Positions 38,739 through 52,629 of a stretch of 64,000 bases of DNA are shown here, in pieces. Source of the DNA: Octopus vulgaris (taxonomy: Eukaryota); contig OX597822.1 of the NCBI GenBank assembly GCA_951406725.2, positions 68,820,001-68,884,000 of the forward strand. Reading direction: 5' to 3'. The translations under genes and the position numbers were made by a program. A model generated the notes under the pieces. The model ran no database searches, had not been told where the DNA came from, and was given only the letters and a program-made list of their open reading frames with translations. Position 1 is the stretch's first letter. Each line of letters starts with the position of its first letter.

Positions 38739-38974
38739 ATATTATTATTTAAAACAGTTTGATTTGGTCCCAAAGTTTCGTAGGTTCGTTACAGGAACCT
38801 AGCGCATTGTTATATATAAACATGAGGTAGAGATTTATATCCAGTGGAAAACAGCCAGTGAAATTCATTCTTCCATTGCTTGGTGTTTTATTGCAATTCT
38901 TCGAAATCATCTGTCACCAACATTCTTTGATCCTGTTACTTTCAATAGCACTATTTACTCTGTGTACGTATGTG

Positions 38975-41090
38975 AATATTTCTGTTCGTTCTAGCCTTGC
39001 AGCTGCGATCATACTGGAGCACCAGTGTGATTTTGCACTTTTTCCACAGCTTTCTTATTTGGCTGATTTCTTTAGGGTAGTGGGATTTCATAACACCACT
39101 CTTGCATGCGCTTTTATCATGGTTGTTGACCCATTTAGTGTATGAGGGAGTTTGACACTGCTGCCCTCATCCGCACTTCATGCCGGGACGTTGCTTCGTC
39201 TGGTATCGTGGATAGGAGAATGTCCAGTTCCTTTTTGAAGACATCCACATCCACATTGCGTAGATTTCTTAAATCTTTTGGCAGAGCATTGAAGAGATGG
39301 GGGCCTTTGAACCAGAAGCTATTACAGTACCTGGTCTTGACGTTAGACGGGGTGAACGGTACTTTTGGTACAACGCAATCTCGCCCAGTTCAAGCATTTG
39401 TATAATACTTGGTGCCCAAATTAGGTATTAATTCTTCCAGAATTTTCCATACTCTCTTTTACTCTTTTACTTGTTTCAGTCATTTTGACTGTGGCCATGC
39501 TGGAGCACCGCCTTTAGTCGAGCAAATCGACCCCAGGACTTATTCTTTGTAAGCCTATACTTATTCTATCGGTTTCTTTTGCCGAACCGCTAAATTACAG
39601 GGAAGTAAACACACCACCATCGGTTGTCAAGCGATGTTGGGGGGGGGGACAAACACAGACACACAAACACAGACACACAGACATACACACACATACATAT
39701 ATACGACGGGCTTCTTCTAGTTTCCGTCTACCAAATCCACCCACAAGGCTTTGGTCGGCCCGAGGCTATAGTAGAAGACACTTGCCCAAGGTGCCACGCG
39801 GTGGGACTGAACCCGGAACCATGTGGTTGGTAAGCAAACTACTTACCACACAGCCACTCCTACACCTGTAGATTATTACATATGTCTTGCGTCTTCGCTC
39901 CCGGGAATAAAGTCGTAGTTTTTTCAGCCTCTCTCTGTTGTTCATCTGTTGCTCTTACAGTCTTTTTAGTGGAATAACATTGGATCCCTTCAAGCTCCGC
40001 TGTTAATTTGGCACTATGTGGTGACCACAGCTGAGAGCAGTAGTCCAGGCGGCTGAGAACGAAAATTTTCCACCTGGTCAACGCGACTTCTGGGTCTGTT
40101 ATCCTGAAGGACTTTAGTATCCATCCTGCCAATTGTCTGTACTTTGTTGCCATCTTTGGAATGTGCATATGAAATGATGCATCATTACACTTATTAAACT
40201 TCAAGTCTCTCACTATCTGTGACTGAGATTGCAGTGCCTTCGGTACCTGTATATGCAGGCTGTGATGCATTCATGAGCTGATAGCGCAGTGCTTGAAATT
40301 TTCCAGCATTAACTTGTATGTTGTTATCTTCAGCCCATTTGTATATTGCTTTTAAGTCCCGCTGCAAGCTTGCGACATCGTCAGGGTTCTTAGTTGCTTG
40401 TGATAATTTTGTATCATCAACGCAGCTAATAACAGCGGCTGACAATGGACATGTCTAAGAGAGCTAATATAATCAGTAATAGCCCCAAGACAGTTCCTTG
40501 GGGGACTCCACTCATAATTTGTGTTCCCTTAGAGAGGACACCATTTGCTACAACTGCCTCACTTCTATCTTTTAGAAACTCATGCAACCATTCTCCCTAT
40601 TTACCATCTATGTCAAGGTCCCGCAACTGGTGACACATCATGCCATGACCCACGTTATTAAAGGCCTTTGCGAAATCAAGATATATCACATCGATATTTG
40701 AACGGTCGAACAGCTGCTTCAAAACTCAGTCACAGTACTGCAAGAGCTGTGTGAGACAACTTCTTCCTGGACGAAAGCCATATTAAGTATCGTTCAGTAA
40801 AACAGTTTCTTCTAGAAACGTTATCAATTTTCTTTTGATGATTTGTTCCATGAATTCGCTATGTAAAATCAGAGAAATCGATCGGTAGTTTTTAGCCTCT
40901 GCTCTGCTCTGCTCCCGCCGTTATGGATAGGGCATATATGCCCTCTTTTAGCTTTTTAGGAATTTTATCACCTGCAAGGAAACCCTGGAAAAGTATCTGA
41001 AATGGTTTCGCTGAAGCCTGCTTCAATGACTTCAAGGGAATTGCTAGGAAGCCATCGAGACCATATATAATAGCAGTTTGACTCGATTCC
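38975..41090 (-). pseudogene. CR1/L2-type LINE: decayed reverse transcriptase and 3'UTR
   Basis: NYRSISL, YGFRPGRSCLTQL, IYLDFAKAFN, SGVPQGTVLG, CVDDTKL, WAEDNNIQVNAGKF, SRLDYCSQLWSPH; multiple stops and frameshifts. Confidence 0.9.
39450..39862 (-). mobile_element. SINE family A inserted in the LINE
   Basis: Full-length family match. Confidence 0.92.
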
Positions 41091-41332
41091 ACATGACTTT
41101 AAGTTTCGTGGGCGCATAAGTGGAACCTCTCTCATCATATGTATATTTATGTGTTGGACGTTTTAATGTCTCTGATGTAATTAGATACAAATTGCGAAAC
41201 AGCTGTCAACAAATCGAATAAACATTTCACTTCTGTTATTTTGGTTTATTATTATTGTTGTTGTTGTTGTTTTGTGTTATTGTGTATGTGTGTGTGAGTG
41301 TGTGCATGTATGTCTGTCTGTCTGTATGTATG

Positions 41333-41366
<34 letters not shown>

Positions 41367-41436
41367 TGTATGTATGTATGTATGTACGTATGTATGTATG
41401 TGTGTGTGTGTGTGTATATATATATGTGTGTGTGTG

Positions 41437-41467
<31 letters not shown>

Positions 41468-42215
41468 ATACAAGGAAAAGATATAAAGTAACTCAAGGAC
41501 AGATAGTTTCGTGCATTAGTACTTCTCAAACCATGATAAGTGCCCTCCCAAAAACGAAACTCTCGGCTCTCGAGTCATCGAGTCACTCTATAACTTCTGC
41601 CGATTAAATAAAGTGTGTGTGTGTGCGCGCGCAATGCATATAGTTATGACATGACACGAAGGTGGGCAATCACATACCGCGACAGTGGGAAACTCTGAGT
41701 AATGAATTGTCTTTGAGTGGCAGTTTCCCGCTGAATATGAAACTCTATTTCAAGTTTTACTATTATTTTTTCTTGTTTGTACACAAATGTGTATATATAT
41801 ACAAGCATAAGGTGAAAATGGACTCACTATATAGAGTTGATAAAATAAAGAATACTGCGTAGTGCGTTGGACCAAAATATTCCTTCTAATTTTTCCATTC
41901 ATTTTAGAAGTTTTGTTCTTACCAGCGAGAAATGTATTTCATTGATGCCATGAGAATTTAGAAACTTTTGAAAGACGTAAAATAAATCGTTTTTAACAGT
42001 GACATTCGAAGTAGATAAAGCTATAAATAATAGCGGGGATAAAAAAAAAACCTTGGATGGAAAAAAGTCGGAGGCTGCCTGTGGCACTCGAACCCACATG
42101 TGGCACTCGAACACACAATATATATATGCGAGAGTTACTAAAAAGACCCAACCTTCCGAGTTCTTTTACAGAGCTTAAAGAAACTGAAGGACCGCTACAA
42201 TAAGTGTGCGAATCT

Positions 42216-42308
<93 letters not shown>

Positions 42309-43229
42309 CCCTCTCTTACCCTCATATTTCTGTAAATTCCGAGTTCCTTATGACGATAATCTTTGAATATTTTTTTGTCTTTTCACCATGTTATTACGAA
42401 GCAGACGATCTATGAACATCGTTGTAAACCCTCGGGATTTTAAGATGACTGTTCTTCAGATTTAACTTCTCTACGAGGACGCCTTGTGGCATGTTTCTGT
42501 CAATGGACTGCGGTAGTGCTGAAGCCATTACCTTGAAAGATTTTAGTCGATCGAATCGATCCCATTACTTATTTTTTAAGCCTGGTTTCTTTTTTTGCTG
42601 ACCCACTAAATTAGGGGGACTTAAAACAATAGCATGCAAATACCAGCACGCGAACACACACACACTATACAATATACACATACATATATAGACACACCGA
42701 AATGCATACACAGCAGACAGACACACACACACACACACAAGCATACACATATATGTATCTATGAATGTGTGTGTGTGTGTACACACACACCACACTTTCT
42801 CTCAAATCTGCACATATTGGTAGGCCTGGAGCTATAGTTGAACACATTTGTCCTTGGCGCTGCATATTAGGACCGGACCCGAAACCACATATTTGCAAAG
42901 CCTTATCTTCACCTTTATATTATATTATATTTTTATACGCAGTTTGCTCTGTCTCAGACTATCATAACTATTTTAGTACCTTCCGACACAATCGTTCTCA
43001 TCAACAGTACCAAGTAACATGGATGCTACGAGTGAAGGTTAGAGTTCATTTTCACTCAAATCATAACATCGTAGCATCCATTTTCTTTTCTTGTTTTCCA
43101 TGCTGACGCTTCACCAAAATAAGGACAGCTGCAATCACCCAAATTTAACAATGATTATTTTGTCATATTACACACACACACACACACACATGTATTGAAC
43201 TCTCGTCGCTTCGATGAATGAAGGACACA

Positions 43230-43440
43230 GCTGTACAGTGTCCTTAATTCAAAGTTTTACCGTGTCTTCTCATCTGGGAATTCAGACATATCCGGGATTT
43301 GCAGATCCGGTTGCAGACGTTGCTGTAGTAGTCGCCATCATATTAGGGATAAATTGGACCCGGCTTTAAGCAGGCATTTTTTCTCCCCGGAGCTGTTGAT
43401 CCAGGCTGTTTCAATGTCGTAGACGGCTTAGTAAGTAGAA
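43230..43440 (-). pseudogene. RTE ORF C-terminal zinc-finger-like remnant
   Basis: Translates NVCNRICKSRICLNSQMRRH, resembling the RTE terminal C..C.R.C.SRIGL.SH.R.H motif. Confidence 0.5.
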
Positions 43441-43663
43441 GGAGCTTCTCCATTCAGTGCTTTCGATTCGGTCATTAGAAGTCTGGTACTTATTCTATCG
43501 TTTATAGGGACGTAAACAAACCAGCACTGGTTGTAAAGTAATGATAGATGATATACACGAACATAGACGCGCCCCCCACACATATATGTATGACGGGCTT
43601 CTTTCAGTTACCGTCTACCAAATCCACTCGCAAGGTTTTTGGTTGGCCCAGGGTTATTATAAA

Positions 43664-43819
43664 CAGGGCCGGCCCTAGGTTGCTGGCGCCCCGGGAAAGC
43701 TGAACTTCGGCGTGTACAAGCTGGAAATCTCCTTATCTTTGTCACGCCCTCCTTGACGACCCCTAGCACATGGCGCCCCAGGTGACAACTTGAGTTACCG
43801 GTACCTTGAGCCGGCCCTG
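43664..43819. mobile_element. hAT-type MITE inside a SINE A copy (43485-43915, minus)
   Basis: TIR CAGGGCCGGC/GCCGGCCCTG; imperfect 8-bp TSD attataaa/attgtaga. Confidence 0.8.
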
Positions 43820-43920
43820 ATTGTAGAAGACATTTGTCCAAGGTGTCACACAGCGTGGTTGAACATGGAACTATGTGGTTAGAAAGTCAGCTTTTTACCA
43901 CACAGCCACACCTTCGCATA

Positions 43921-44125
43921 CAGTAATCCCTCGACTATTGCGAGTGTTACGTTCCAAAATCTCCAACAGAAATAATTAAAATATAAAAATATATAAATAC
44001 TTATCAGCTGCAGAAGTCCGTGATATACTGAAGAATCCAGATATAAATTTACATGTATTAGTCAGAAAAATCCGCGATGTACTGAGTGCGCGATAGGTGA
44101 ACCGCGATATGGCGAGGGATTGCTG
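43921..44125. mobile_element. Tigger/pogo-type MITE
   Basis: TA|CAGTAATCCCTCG ... CGAGGGATTGCTG|TA. Confidence 0.85.
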
Positions 44126-44256
44126 TATATTCATACATGCACACATAATAATAAATATTCAAGGTGTTACATGTGCTCTTAAATCAAACTTATTTTGTAA
44201 TTCACTCCTAACTAGAATGCTAGTGTAACATTCCCAAGAAAACTTATTCTTAGCTG

Positions 44257-44640
44257 GAAGCACTCCGTCGGTTACGACGACGAGGGTTCCGGTTGATCCG
44301 AATCAACGGAACAGCCTGCTCGTGAAATTAACGTGTAAGTGTCTGAGCACTCCACAGACACGTGTACCCTTAACGTAGTTCTCGGGGATATTCAGCGTGA
44401 CACAGAGAGTGACAAGGCCGGCCCTTTGAAATACAGGTACAACAGAAACAGGAAGTAAGAGTGAGAGAAAGTTGTGGTGAAAGAGTACAGCAGGGATCAC
44501 CACCATCCCCTGCCGGAGCCTCGTGGAGCTTCTTTAGGTGTTTTCGCTCAATAAACACTCACAACGCCCGGTCTGGGAATCGAAACCGCGATCCTATGAC
44601 CGCTAGTCCGCTGCCCTAACCACTGGGCCATTGCGCCTCA
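44257..44640 (-). mobile_element. SINE family C, young full-length copy
   Basis: tRNA-like head with A box TGGCCCAGTGG and B box GGTTTCGATTCC; CpG-rich. Confidence 0.9.
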
Positions 44641-44737
44641 GCACCTCGTATATGAACGAAGACATGTGAAATTTAGAATTTTGTCTGCCGAGCGCATAAT
44701 TCCAACACGGAGATATGAACTCGCCTGTTAGTTCAGT

Positions 44738-44802
<65 letters not shown>

Positions 44803-46601
44803 CGTGCGTGTACATGCTTACATATGAATGTGTTTGGGTGGATATATACACGTTTGAACAGATGTAAGTGGCGGCGCCACCGATTGAAAGATACTGAAAA
44901 AGAAGAAACATACAGGAAACGCGAAGAAAACAGAGAACGAAAAAATGAAGGAAGAAAAGACAAGTGTCTGCTCATATTAATGGCCACTATCACAGAGCAA
45001 AACCTTAAAATAAAACAAACGACAATAACGAAGGTGTAATAATCGATCGGAAGAAATAGACAAATCACCCAACTTAAGACTTTTTGGACAGCTTCCCAAG
45101 GAAAGCATCAAAATTGTGTTCTGATAGTCAAGAAACAGTCGACATTTTAGAGGGAAGCCTCAGGTTATGCGGTGCTGATGATTCGAAGAAGGGATGAAAT
45201 GGTGCCATACATGGCTACCAACGGCTGGAAATTTTAAGATCTATATAATATATAGGGAAAAGAAATATTAGTTTCTAACTTTTGGCTCAAGGCCAGCAAT
45301 TTCGGGGATAGGTGTAAGTCGATTACATCGACTCCAGTGGTCGACTGGTACTTATTTTATCGATCCCGAAGGAGTGGAAAGCAAAGTTGATGTCGGCGGA
45401 ATTTAAACTCAAAACGAAAAGGCGGACGAAATACTGATATTAAATATATATAAATTGTACCCTTTTAAATTTCAAACTTCCAAACATACCATAACTTAAT
45501 ATATTGTAGGAGGGATTGCACTACCCCGCTCCCACCTATGATAGCTGACCACCAGGGGTATACCACATGTATGAACAAGCATTATTTCGAAATGAATCAG
45601 TGTCTGTCGGTCAGTACATGCCAAACCACGAAGCTATTCGACATTCATAGAGGATTATAGTTAAACTGTCTATTTAATTAATCATTTAATTGGTTGGCTA
45701 TTCAGTTTAGTTCAGATATCCAAATAGCTGAAATATACCTTGTATTCATTGGCCAATACGAAACGCAGAAAAGATGCATTATTGAATGATTAAGAGCGTA
45801 TCTAATTTTATGCCTTACGTTTCAGAATCCGAGACTATTAAACATGCTAATAATATACGGAAGGCAATTCTATACACTTTGTTTCTTCTGACACGAGGTT
45901 ACAATATAAATTGGATAGGGAGAGATGGGAAAAACTTGTTGCGGACTCTTTCGTAAATCAGTCCATGCCACATTTTCGATCAAGTTCTGAAATTGATGGC
46001 GTAACGAGACCCCGGCTGAGATTTGAACCATAGCTTTTAGATTCTCCTAATCTAGAACCACAAACTAATGTATCTTCACAAAGGGAATAGCGTCACCATA
46101 AAAAGGTTTTAACTCCTGCGTGAATATGACACGATCAATCATCACTGGCTGTCTTATTATGGTTGACGCAGCGAGTTTTCCCGCCACACAGTTTGACCGA
46201 AGATTCTAGAATGTAACTAACAGCAGTAAAAGTTTGCAAATTTAACATCAGCTCAGATAGCCGCTAAGCTGTCTGTGGGAACCCAGCTCACTTATAGCAG
46301 TATGTCGGTCTCTCTCTTGTATCGAATAACGCGCAGTAATTATATGCAATGATATAAATTCCTCACACTACAACATAACATTACCCAGCAAGTTATATAC
46401 GGACGTTTCCTATTGGATGTACATTTGTAAATATAACGATGCAGGGTTAATAAAATATTTGAAAACTCAATTAAACTTTAACGCTGTTATTGTCTACACA
46501 CGCAATCTACCTCACATTGTGAATAGCCAGCAAAGAATATACAACGAACCACCACACTAAAAATTGGTGCCCACGATATCCTGCAAGAAACAACGCCAGG
46601 A

Positions 46602-46708
46602 CAGTGGCGTAGCTAATAGGGAAACAAAGGGAACGTTCGCTACCCCCGAGCACAATGTTTTCAATGATTTTTGAAAACTCTTAGTTTACTAGTACGATAA
46701 AATTGGAA

Positions 46709-46778
<70 letters not shown>

Positions 46779-47608
46779 ACTCTTTATACTCGCTTGACCT
46801 TAGAAGGACTTTCTGGAGTCATTGCTTTATTTGATCAATCTCCCATGTTTCTGAATTGTCCGCTCAATCTCTTATTTCTTTATTGCCCACAAGGGGCGAA
46901 ACACAGAGGGGACAAACAAAGACAAAGGGATTAAGTCGATTACATCGACCCCAGCGCGTAACTGGTACTTAATTTGTCGACCCCGAAAGGATGAAAGGCA
47001 AAGTCGACCTCGGCGGAATTTGAACTCAGAACGCAACGGCAGACGGAATACCTATTTCTTTACTACCCACAAGGGGCTAAACACAGAGAGGACAAACAAG
47101 GACAGACAAACGGATTAAGTCGATTACATCGACCCCAGTGCGTAACTGGTACTTATTTAATCGACGCCGAAAGGATGAAAAGCAAAGTAGACCTCGGCGG
47201 AATTTGAACTCATAACGTAGCGGCAGACGAAATACCGCTAATCACTTCGCCCGGCGTGCTAACGTTTCTGCCAGCTCGTCTGCTCAATCTCTTGTGGTGC
47301 TTTGTTGGCCGCTGACATCTGAAGAACCAAAACAAACCCTGGTGTCATAACCTCGCGACACTGGACAATACAGTGGGTCCATCATCTTCACATCACACCA
47401 ATATAAATAGTTGTAAGGTTCATACATAATTACATTATTACTGAAGCATAAAATTAATGAACGCAGAATACAATTACATAAATTATAACTAATGAAATAT
47501 TTCGTTAAATATAAGAGAAATCAGTTTAAAATTGTTTGAAATGTGTCGCGGCGCCTTCTTTTGTTAAGTGCTCGCGCCCCCTAATTTTAGAACCTGGCTA
47601 CGCCCCTG
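46602..47608. mobile_element. hAT-type non-autonomous element
   Basis: TIR CAGTGGCGTAGC/GCTACGCCCCTG; weak 8-bp TSD cgccagga/gcccaggg. Confidence 0.65.
46874..47281 (-). mobile_element. Dimeric SINE family B with TSD
   Basis: Flanked by GCTCAATCTCTT (46862-46873, 47282-47293). Confidence 0.9.
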
Positions 47609-48529
47609 GCCCAGGGCGCGAACACTACAATGGTATCGATTAGTTATTTCCTCTCAAAATCGTTGTCCTTGTGCCTAAATTAGAAAACAACGTTCGGAAA
47701 GTATTGTCGCCGAAACATTTTTGTATTTGATTGAGCAATAATACTCCTATCAATAAAACCTTTTAATTTCAAACCTTCTAACTGGAAATAGATATTGAAA
47801 TGCTGAGTTTTATGACTGGAATATGGAAACAATAAACATGGATTTCGTTTGTCAATGACTGCTAGATCCAAAATAGTCTGATTATTATCACTAGTTTCAT
47901 CGGATTCTAATTCCCGCCACCTTTTTTGTCTTTTTTATTTTTATTTTTATTTATTTATTTATTTTTTGGACTTCGAATTCGACCTTTTCAAAACGAAGTA
48001 AATGAAACTGACCAAAAAACTGTTCCTTATATTCCCACCAGGTTATAAATCTTTTCTTTGTTTACCTCTTTATCTTGTCCTAAGCTGCCATTACAGAACA
48101 CTTAATAGTTGGCCTTCTTGATCTCTGCAAATAATATTAAACTTCTATATTACATTAGAAGCACAATCAACTTAAAATCACAGACCACTCTTGAGAAAGG
48201 CCTTGTTCGAAACATCAATTTCTCTTCCTCCACCTCATCATATACATATGTCGTTTTGTTAACTTTTTTGTATTTATTATTTACCGATACAGACCACCAC
48301 TAGTTTCTACTGCGTCACTCTGATACGTCCACTAACTTGGTGTGTGTGTGTGTGTGCGTGTTGAACATATGAGTTACCAGCGTGCGTTTTTCTGACTCTT
48401 CTCTCTTTTCCTCTTTTCCGTGAGTTTTGTTTTTGCATCCAATGAAGGACTGTGTCTGAAACGTTATACTTTTCACTTAATAACTTTTTTCTCTTTTTTC
48501 GTCCAAGTTTCTGTAGTGCAACAGAAGTT

Positions 48530-49270
48530 CGGTTGGCACAGTCTTGACCATATAAGACTTCTGGAAGAACATAGGCGTTGTAGGGGCTTGATTTTAATGT
48601 GGTATGGGTATTCGTTTTGAAGTGAGTGCAATTTCGTTCCTATCAAATGCTGCCCAACAAAGTCTGGTTCTATAGTCGGCTGTGATCCTTTCGGTTTGAA
48701 CGGCAGTTTTTAAAAATAATTTCCACGTAACTAAACACTTTTAAACTTCGTAAACTGGTAGAATGTGTTTAAAAAACATCTTTTTCTCTTTGCTTTATTG
48801 AGAAAATTCTATGGTTTGTAAGATATTTGTTGTTGTTTTTCCTTCAATTTCTGCAATTTCAACCAATCAAGAACGTCTATTGAGGTGAAAACATTCTGTG
48901 CCGTATGAATATGTCCCTCGTTTAAGAAACAGATTGGGTTTATTTACATTTCTAAAGAAAAAAAAGATACCCTTCCCCCACCCCTAACCCTAACCGTAAA
49001 ACAGATTGAAATGCAATAGATCGATACTAGGGTCATAATTATGGGTGACAATTTCATATGACACCGCTAGAAAAAACTGCCGTTCAAACCGAAAATATCC
49101 GTCGGCTGCTATTATTCTATCGTTTTTTGAACAGAGATTGTGTCTGAGGTAGATTAATTCACACACTTGTTTTACTGGTTTGCCATATATTGTAAGGTTG
49201 AGGTCCGGATTAGTTTTCTCTGTTGCCATGCATTCAGCTTTCGATACGTTGATAGTCTTTCACAATCATG
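48530..49270 (-). pseudogene. RTE reverse-transcriptase fragment split by a MITE
   Basis: INVSKAECM...KQVCELIYL.H.L... resumes as RTRLCWAAF...LTSKRIPI. Confidence 0.6.
48683..49100. mobile_element. Merlin-type MITE with internal (CCCTAA)-like repeats
   Basis: Perfect 8-bp TSD GTCGGCTG; TIR containing TTTCGGTTTGAACGGCAGTTT; ccctaaccctaacc at ~48981-48995. Confidence 0.8.
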
Positions 49271-49596
49271 TAATACGATTTAATACAAACATCAGACTCT
49301 CAGGCCATGTGAGAATTGAAGATCTATGACAAATAACCAAATTAACACCAGTCATTTTTGTCATCAAAAATAAAATAACTCAAATTGCTTGACCACCGAA
49401 GCGAATGGTCTGTGGTGTCGGCAAGGTCTGTTTTGGAAGGCATAATTAATGGAAAGAGTAACAGAGGTGGGCAACATCACAGAGAGATAACATCACAGCA
49501 TGGGCAGGTTATGACATAGTTTCCCCTGAATGCTCTTGTCAAAGATCGAATACTATGGAGGTAACTATCTCATGTCGGTGCGCATTTTCTCACAGG

Positions 49597-49689
<93 letters not shown>

Positions 49690-50293
49690 TGATGCGGTCA
49701 CAGGAGGTGACGAAGAATATAAGATTAAGATTTAAATAAAAATTTATGGTGTGTTTTTATCAAATGGCAAAATGACATTCCTAATACACAAAAATATATA
49801 CATATATTCAAATTACAAAACAAAAGACGAAACAGGTGAAGGAACAACAGCAAGCAAGTGTATTAGGTTAACGTTCGGGAAGAATGGAAAAGTCTTTGAC
49901 GTTTCGGGCCTACGCTCTTCGACGGAAAGGATTAAGAGGGCGGGAATGGAGAGAGGACAATAAAAAAAAAAACGATATGTATGATGTGCAGTTCGAACGT
50001 CTGAACGTTGGTGTTTATAGAGAAAAATGGAAGGCTGCTCTGAACGGCCTACACTCAAGCTTCGCCAGTGGTTGAAGTTAAATCATGTATGAATATATAT
50101 CTGTCAATCGAATAGTCTTCTTAGTAGATCTTTGTGGAGATTTATGTGTAAAGTAGCAGCTGTCGCTTAAATGTTCTGATATGATCGCATTTCGATTTTG
50201 TAACAATTTAGAAACTGATTCCATGCTGAAGAATATTATGACCAGTCTTTGTTTTGCAATTTCGGTAATGTGAACCTGTCCTGTGAGATCGTT

Positions 50294-50447
50294 AGAGTAG
50301 AGGTTTTGTGGCTAAGAAGCTCGCTTTAAAACCACGTGGTTTTGAGTTCAATCCCACTGTGCGGCATCTTGAGCAAGTGTCTTCTCCTAGAGCTCTGGGA
50401 CAACCAACGCCATGAGAGTGAATTTGGTACAGAAAACTGCATGAAAG

Positions 50448-50498
<51 letters not shown>

Positions 50499-50780
50499 CA
50501 TGCGTGTGCGTGCATGCGTGTGCGTGCATGCGTGTGCGTGCATGCGTGTGCGTGCGTGCATGCGTGTGCTTGTCTTTGTATCGGTGTTTTTCCTTCCCCT
50601 ACCGTTCGACAACCGGTGTTGGTTTGTTTACGTATTTATAGCTTAGCAGTTCGCCAAAAGTGACAGATAAAATAAATACGAGACTTTAAAAATAAGTACT
50701 CTGTCGATCTGTTCGGCTAAAACCCTTCAAGGCGGTGACCCAGTATGGTCGCAGTCCTATGACTGAAAGAAGTAAAAGAT
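50294..50780 (+). mobile_element. SINE family A, diverged but CpG-retaining
   Basis: Family match with an internal (TG)n/(GCGTGCAT) array. Confidence 0.85.
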
Positions 50781-51417
50781 AAATGGGTGTTAAAGAGTAG
50801 AGAGTGTGCAAAAAGCAAATTGTTTCTTCGACAAGTATAGTGATTGCGACTTCTATGTGTCATTGAAGAACATTGGGCTGTCCAGTGCAAGAATGTTTTC
50901 AAGATTTCTGCCCATGGAAAAAGTGTATACTTGCTGTGATGTGTGTGTAGTTTGCATATGGATGACGTTTGTGTGCGAAAGATTAAGAATTTAAAGATGG
51001 TAACTTCATTGGAGTATGCGTGGTTAGAAGTTACAGAAAGAAAATCGTCATTGTACAGGAAGGAGAAAGTGGATATATAGCAGGGTTGATAGAGTTGTGT
51101 TTGAAAAGAGACCGATAGCGTTGCAATTTAACAATCTGACAGAAAATCTCCGATCAAAGAGATGAGTAGTAGATAGAAACTTTAAACAGACAACTAGAAA
51201 ATTCTTAAACTAGATAACACTCTAAAGTTTTTCTTGTGTCAAAGGCAGCAATGTAACGATTTCCAAGTTCTCGGTACAGAAGATAAATTTTGTGTGACGT
51301 AAGAACGCAAGGCTCTGATAAATGTATACAACTAAAACATACCGTTGGCCACTAAGAAGGAAGAGAGGGAGGTGGAGGGAGAAGTGGAGGGAGAGTGAGT
51401 GAGAGAGAGGGAGAATG

Positions 51418-52018
51418 GGATCTTTACCTTTTGACAGACAGATTTAAAAAATAATTTTTTGTAACTAAACACTTTCATATTTCGGACACTGGTAGAATAT
51501 GTCATATAAAACACCATTTACTCTTAGCATTTTTGAGAAAAACTTATATTTACGAAGTAATTTCATGTTAAAGTAGGCCTATTTCAGCAATTTCAACCAA
51601 TCAATGACGTGTATTCAGCTGAATTAAATTACTGTCATTGTTTGTCAACAAGAACTTCCAGCGGTGTATTTTTCGTTTGTCACTGTTATTTATGACAACC
51701 CTAACCCTAAAACCTTAAAGCTAAAACCAGTACAAACGTACGAATGATATCATAAATAACAGTGACAAACGAAAAATACACTGCCGATAGTTGTTGTTGA
51801 CAAACAACGGCAGTAATTTTATTCAGCTGAATACACGTCATTGATTGGTTGAAATTACCAAAATAGGCCTACTTTAACATGAAATTACTTCGTAAATATA
51901 AGTTTTTCTCAAAAATGCAAAGAGTAAAACCTGTTTTATATGACACATATCCGAAGTTTGAAAGTGTTTAGTTACAAAAAATTATTTTTTAAATCTGTCG
52001 GTCAAAAGGTAAAGATCT
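51418..52018. mobile_element. Merlin-type foldback MITE (~270-bp inverted arms)
   Basis: Perfect 8-bp TSD GGAGAATG; GGATC terminus; arms 51418-51695 / 51750-52018; aaccctaaccctaa in the spacer. Confidence 0.88.
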
Positions 52019-52042
52019 GGAGAATGTGTTGTGTGTGAATGT

Positions 52043-52106
<64 letters not shown>

Positions 52107-52629
52107 CAGACAATGACTGAAAGTGAAGAAGAAGGGATTGTTAATGTGTTTGCATCACTTTTAGAAAGTTGGCACTGATAAGTTAGTTGTATAGGTCTTA
52201 GACATTGCCCCCCTTGAAAATGGAACATATCGTCGAATATTTCTATAGACTGGATGAGTGGATGGATCCACGAAAAGAAAGAACGAAAAAAAGGAAGGAA
52301 AAAAGAAAGAAAGGAAGGAAAAAGAAAGGAAGAAAGAGAGAAAAAAGGAAGAAAGAAAGAAAAGAAAGGAAGAAAGAAAGAAAAGAAAGAAGTATCGATG
52401 AGATCGCGAGGGCAGGAGCACTCTGTTTGGGGATAATGTAAGGAATACCCTAAGGACCAACCACTAGTTGTATTATGGATGATTGGAAAAAGTTTCATAG
52501 CAATGAAACAGATGGAATGGAGCGGAAAGGAGAGTTAGGAATAGGAGTACTGAGCATGTGTGTGCAGTGTATGCCTTGCAAGAAAAATGAGCAACAGATG
52601 CAGTAAAACAAAGGAATGCTGTGTTGTCT

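Noticed and set aside
44570-44640. tRNA gene
   Set aside because: A and B boxes are present, but the sequence continues into a repeated SINE body with no clean acceptor stem or terminator. The same applies to other SINE heads.
48981-48995. Interstitial telomere or chromosome-fusion scar
   Set aside because: Only 2-3 CCCTAA units, internal to a TSD-flanked MITE.
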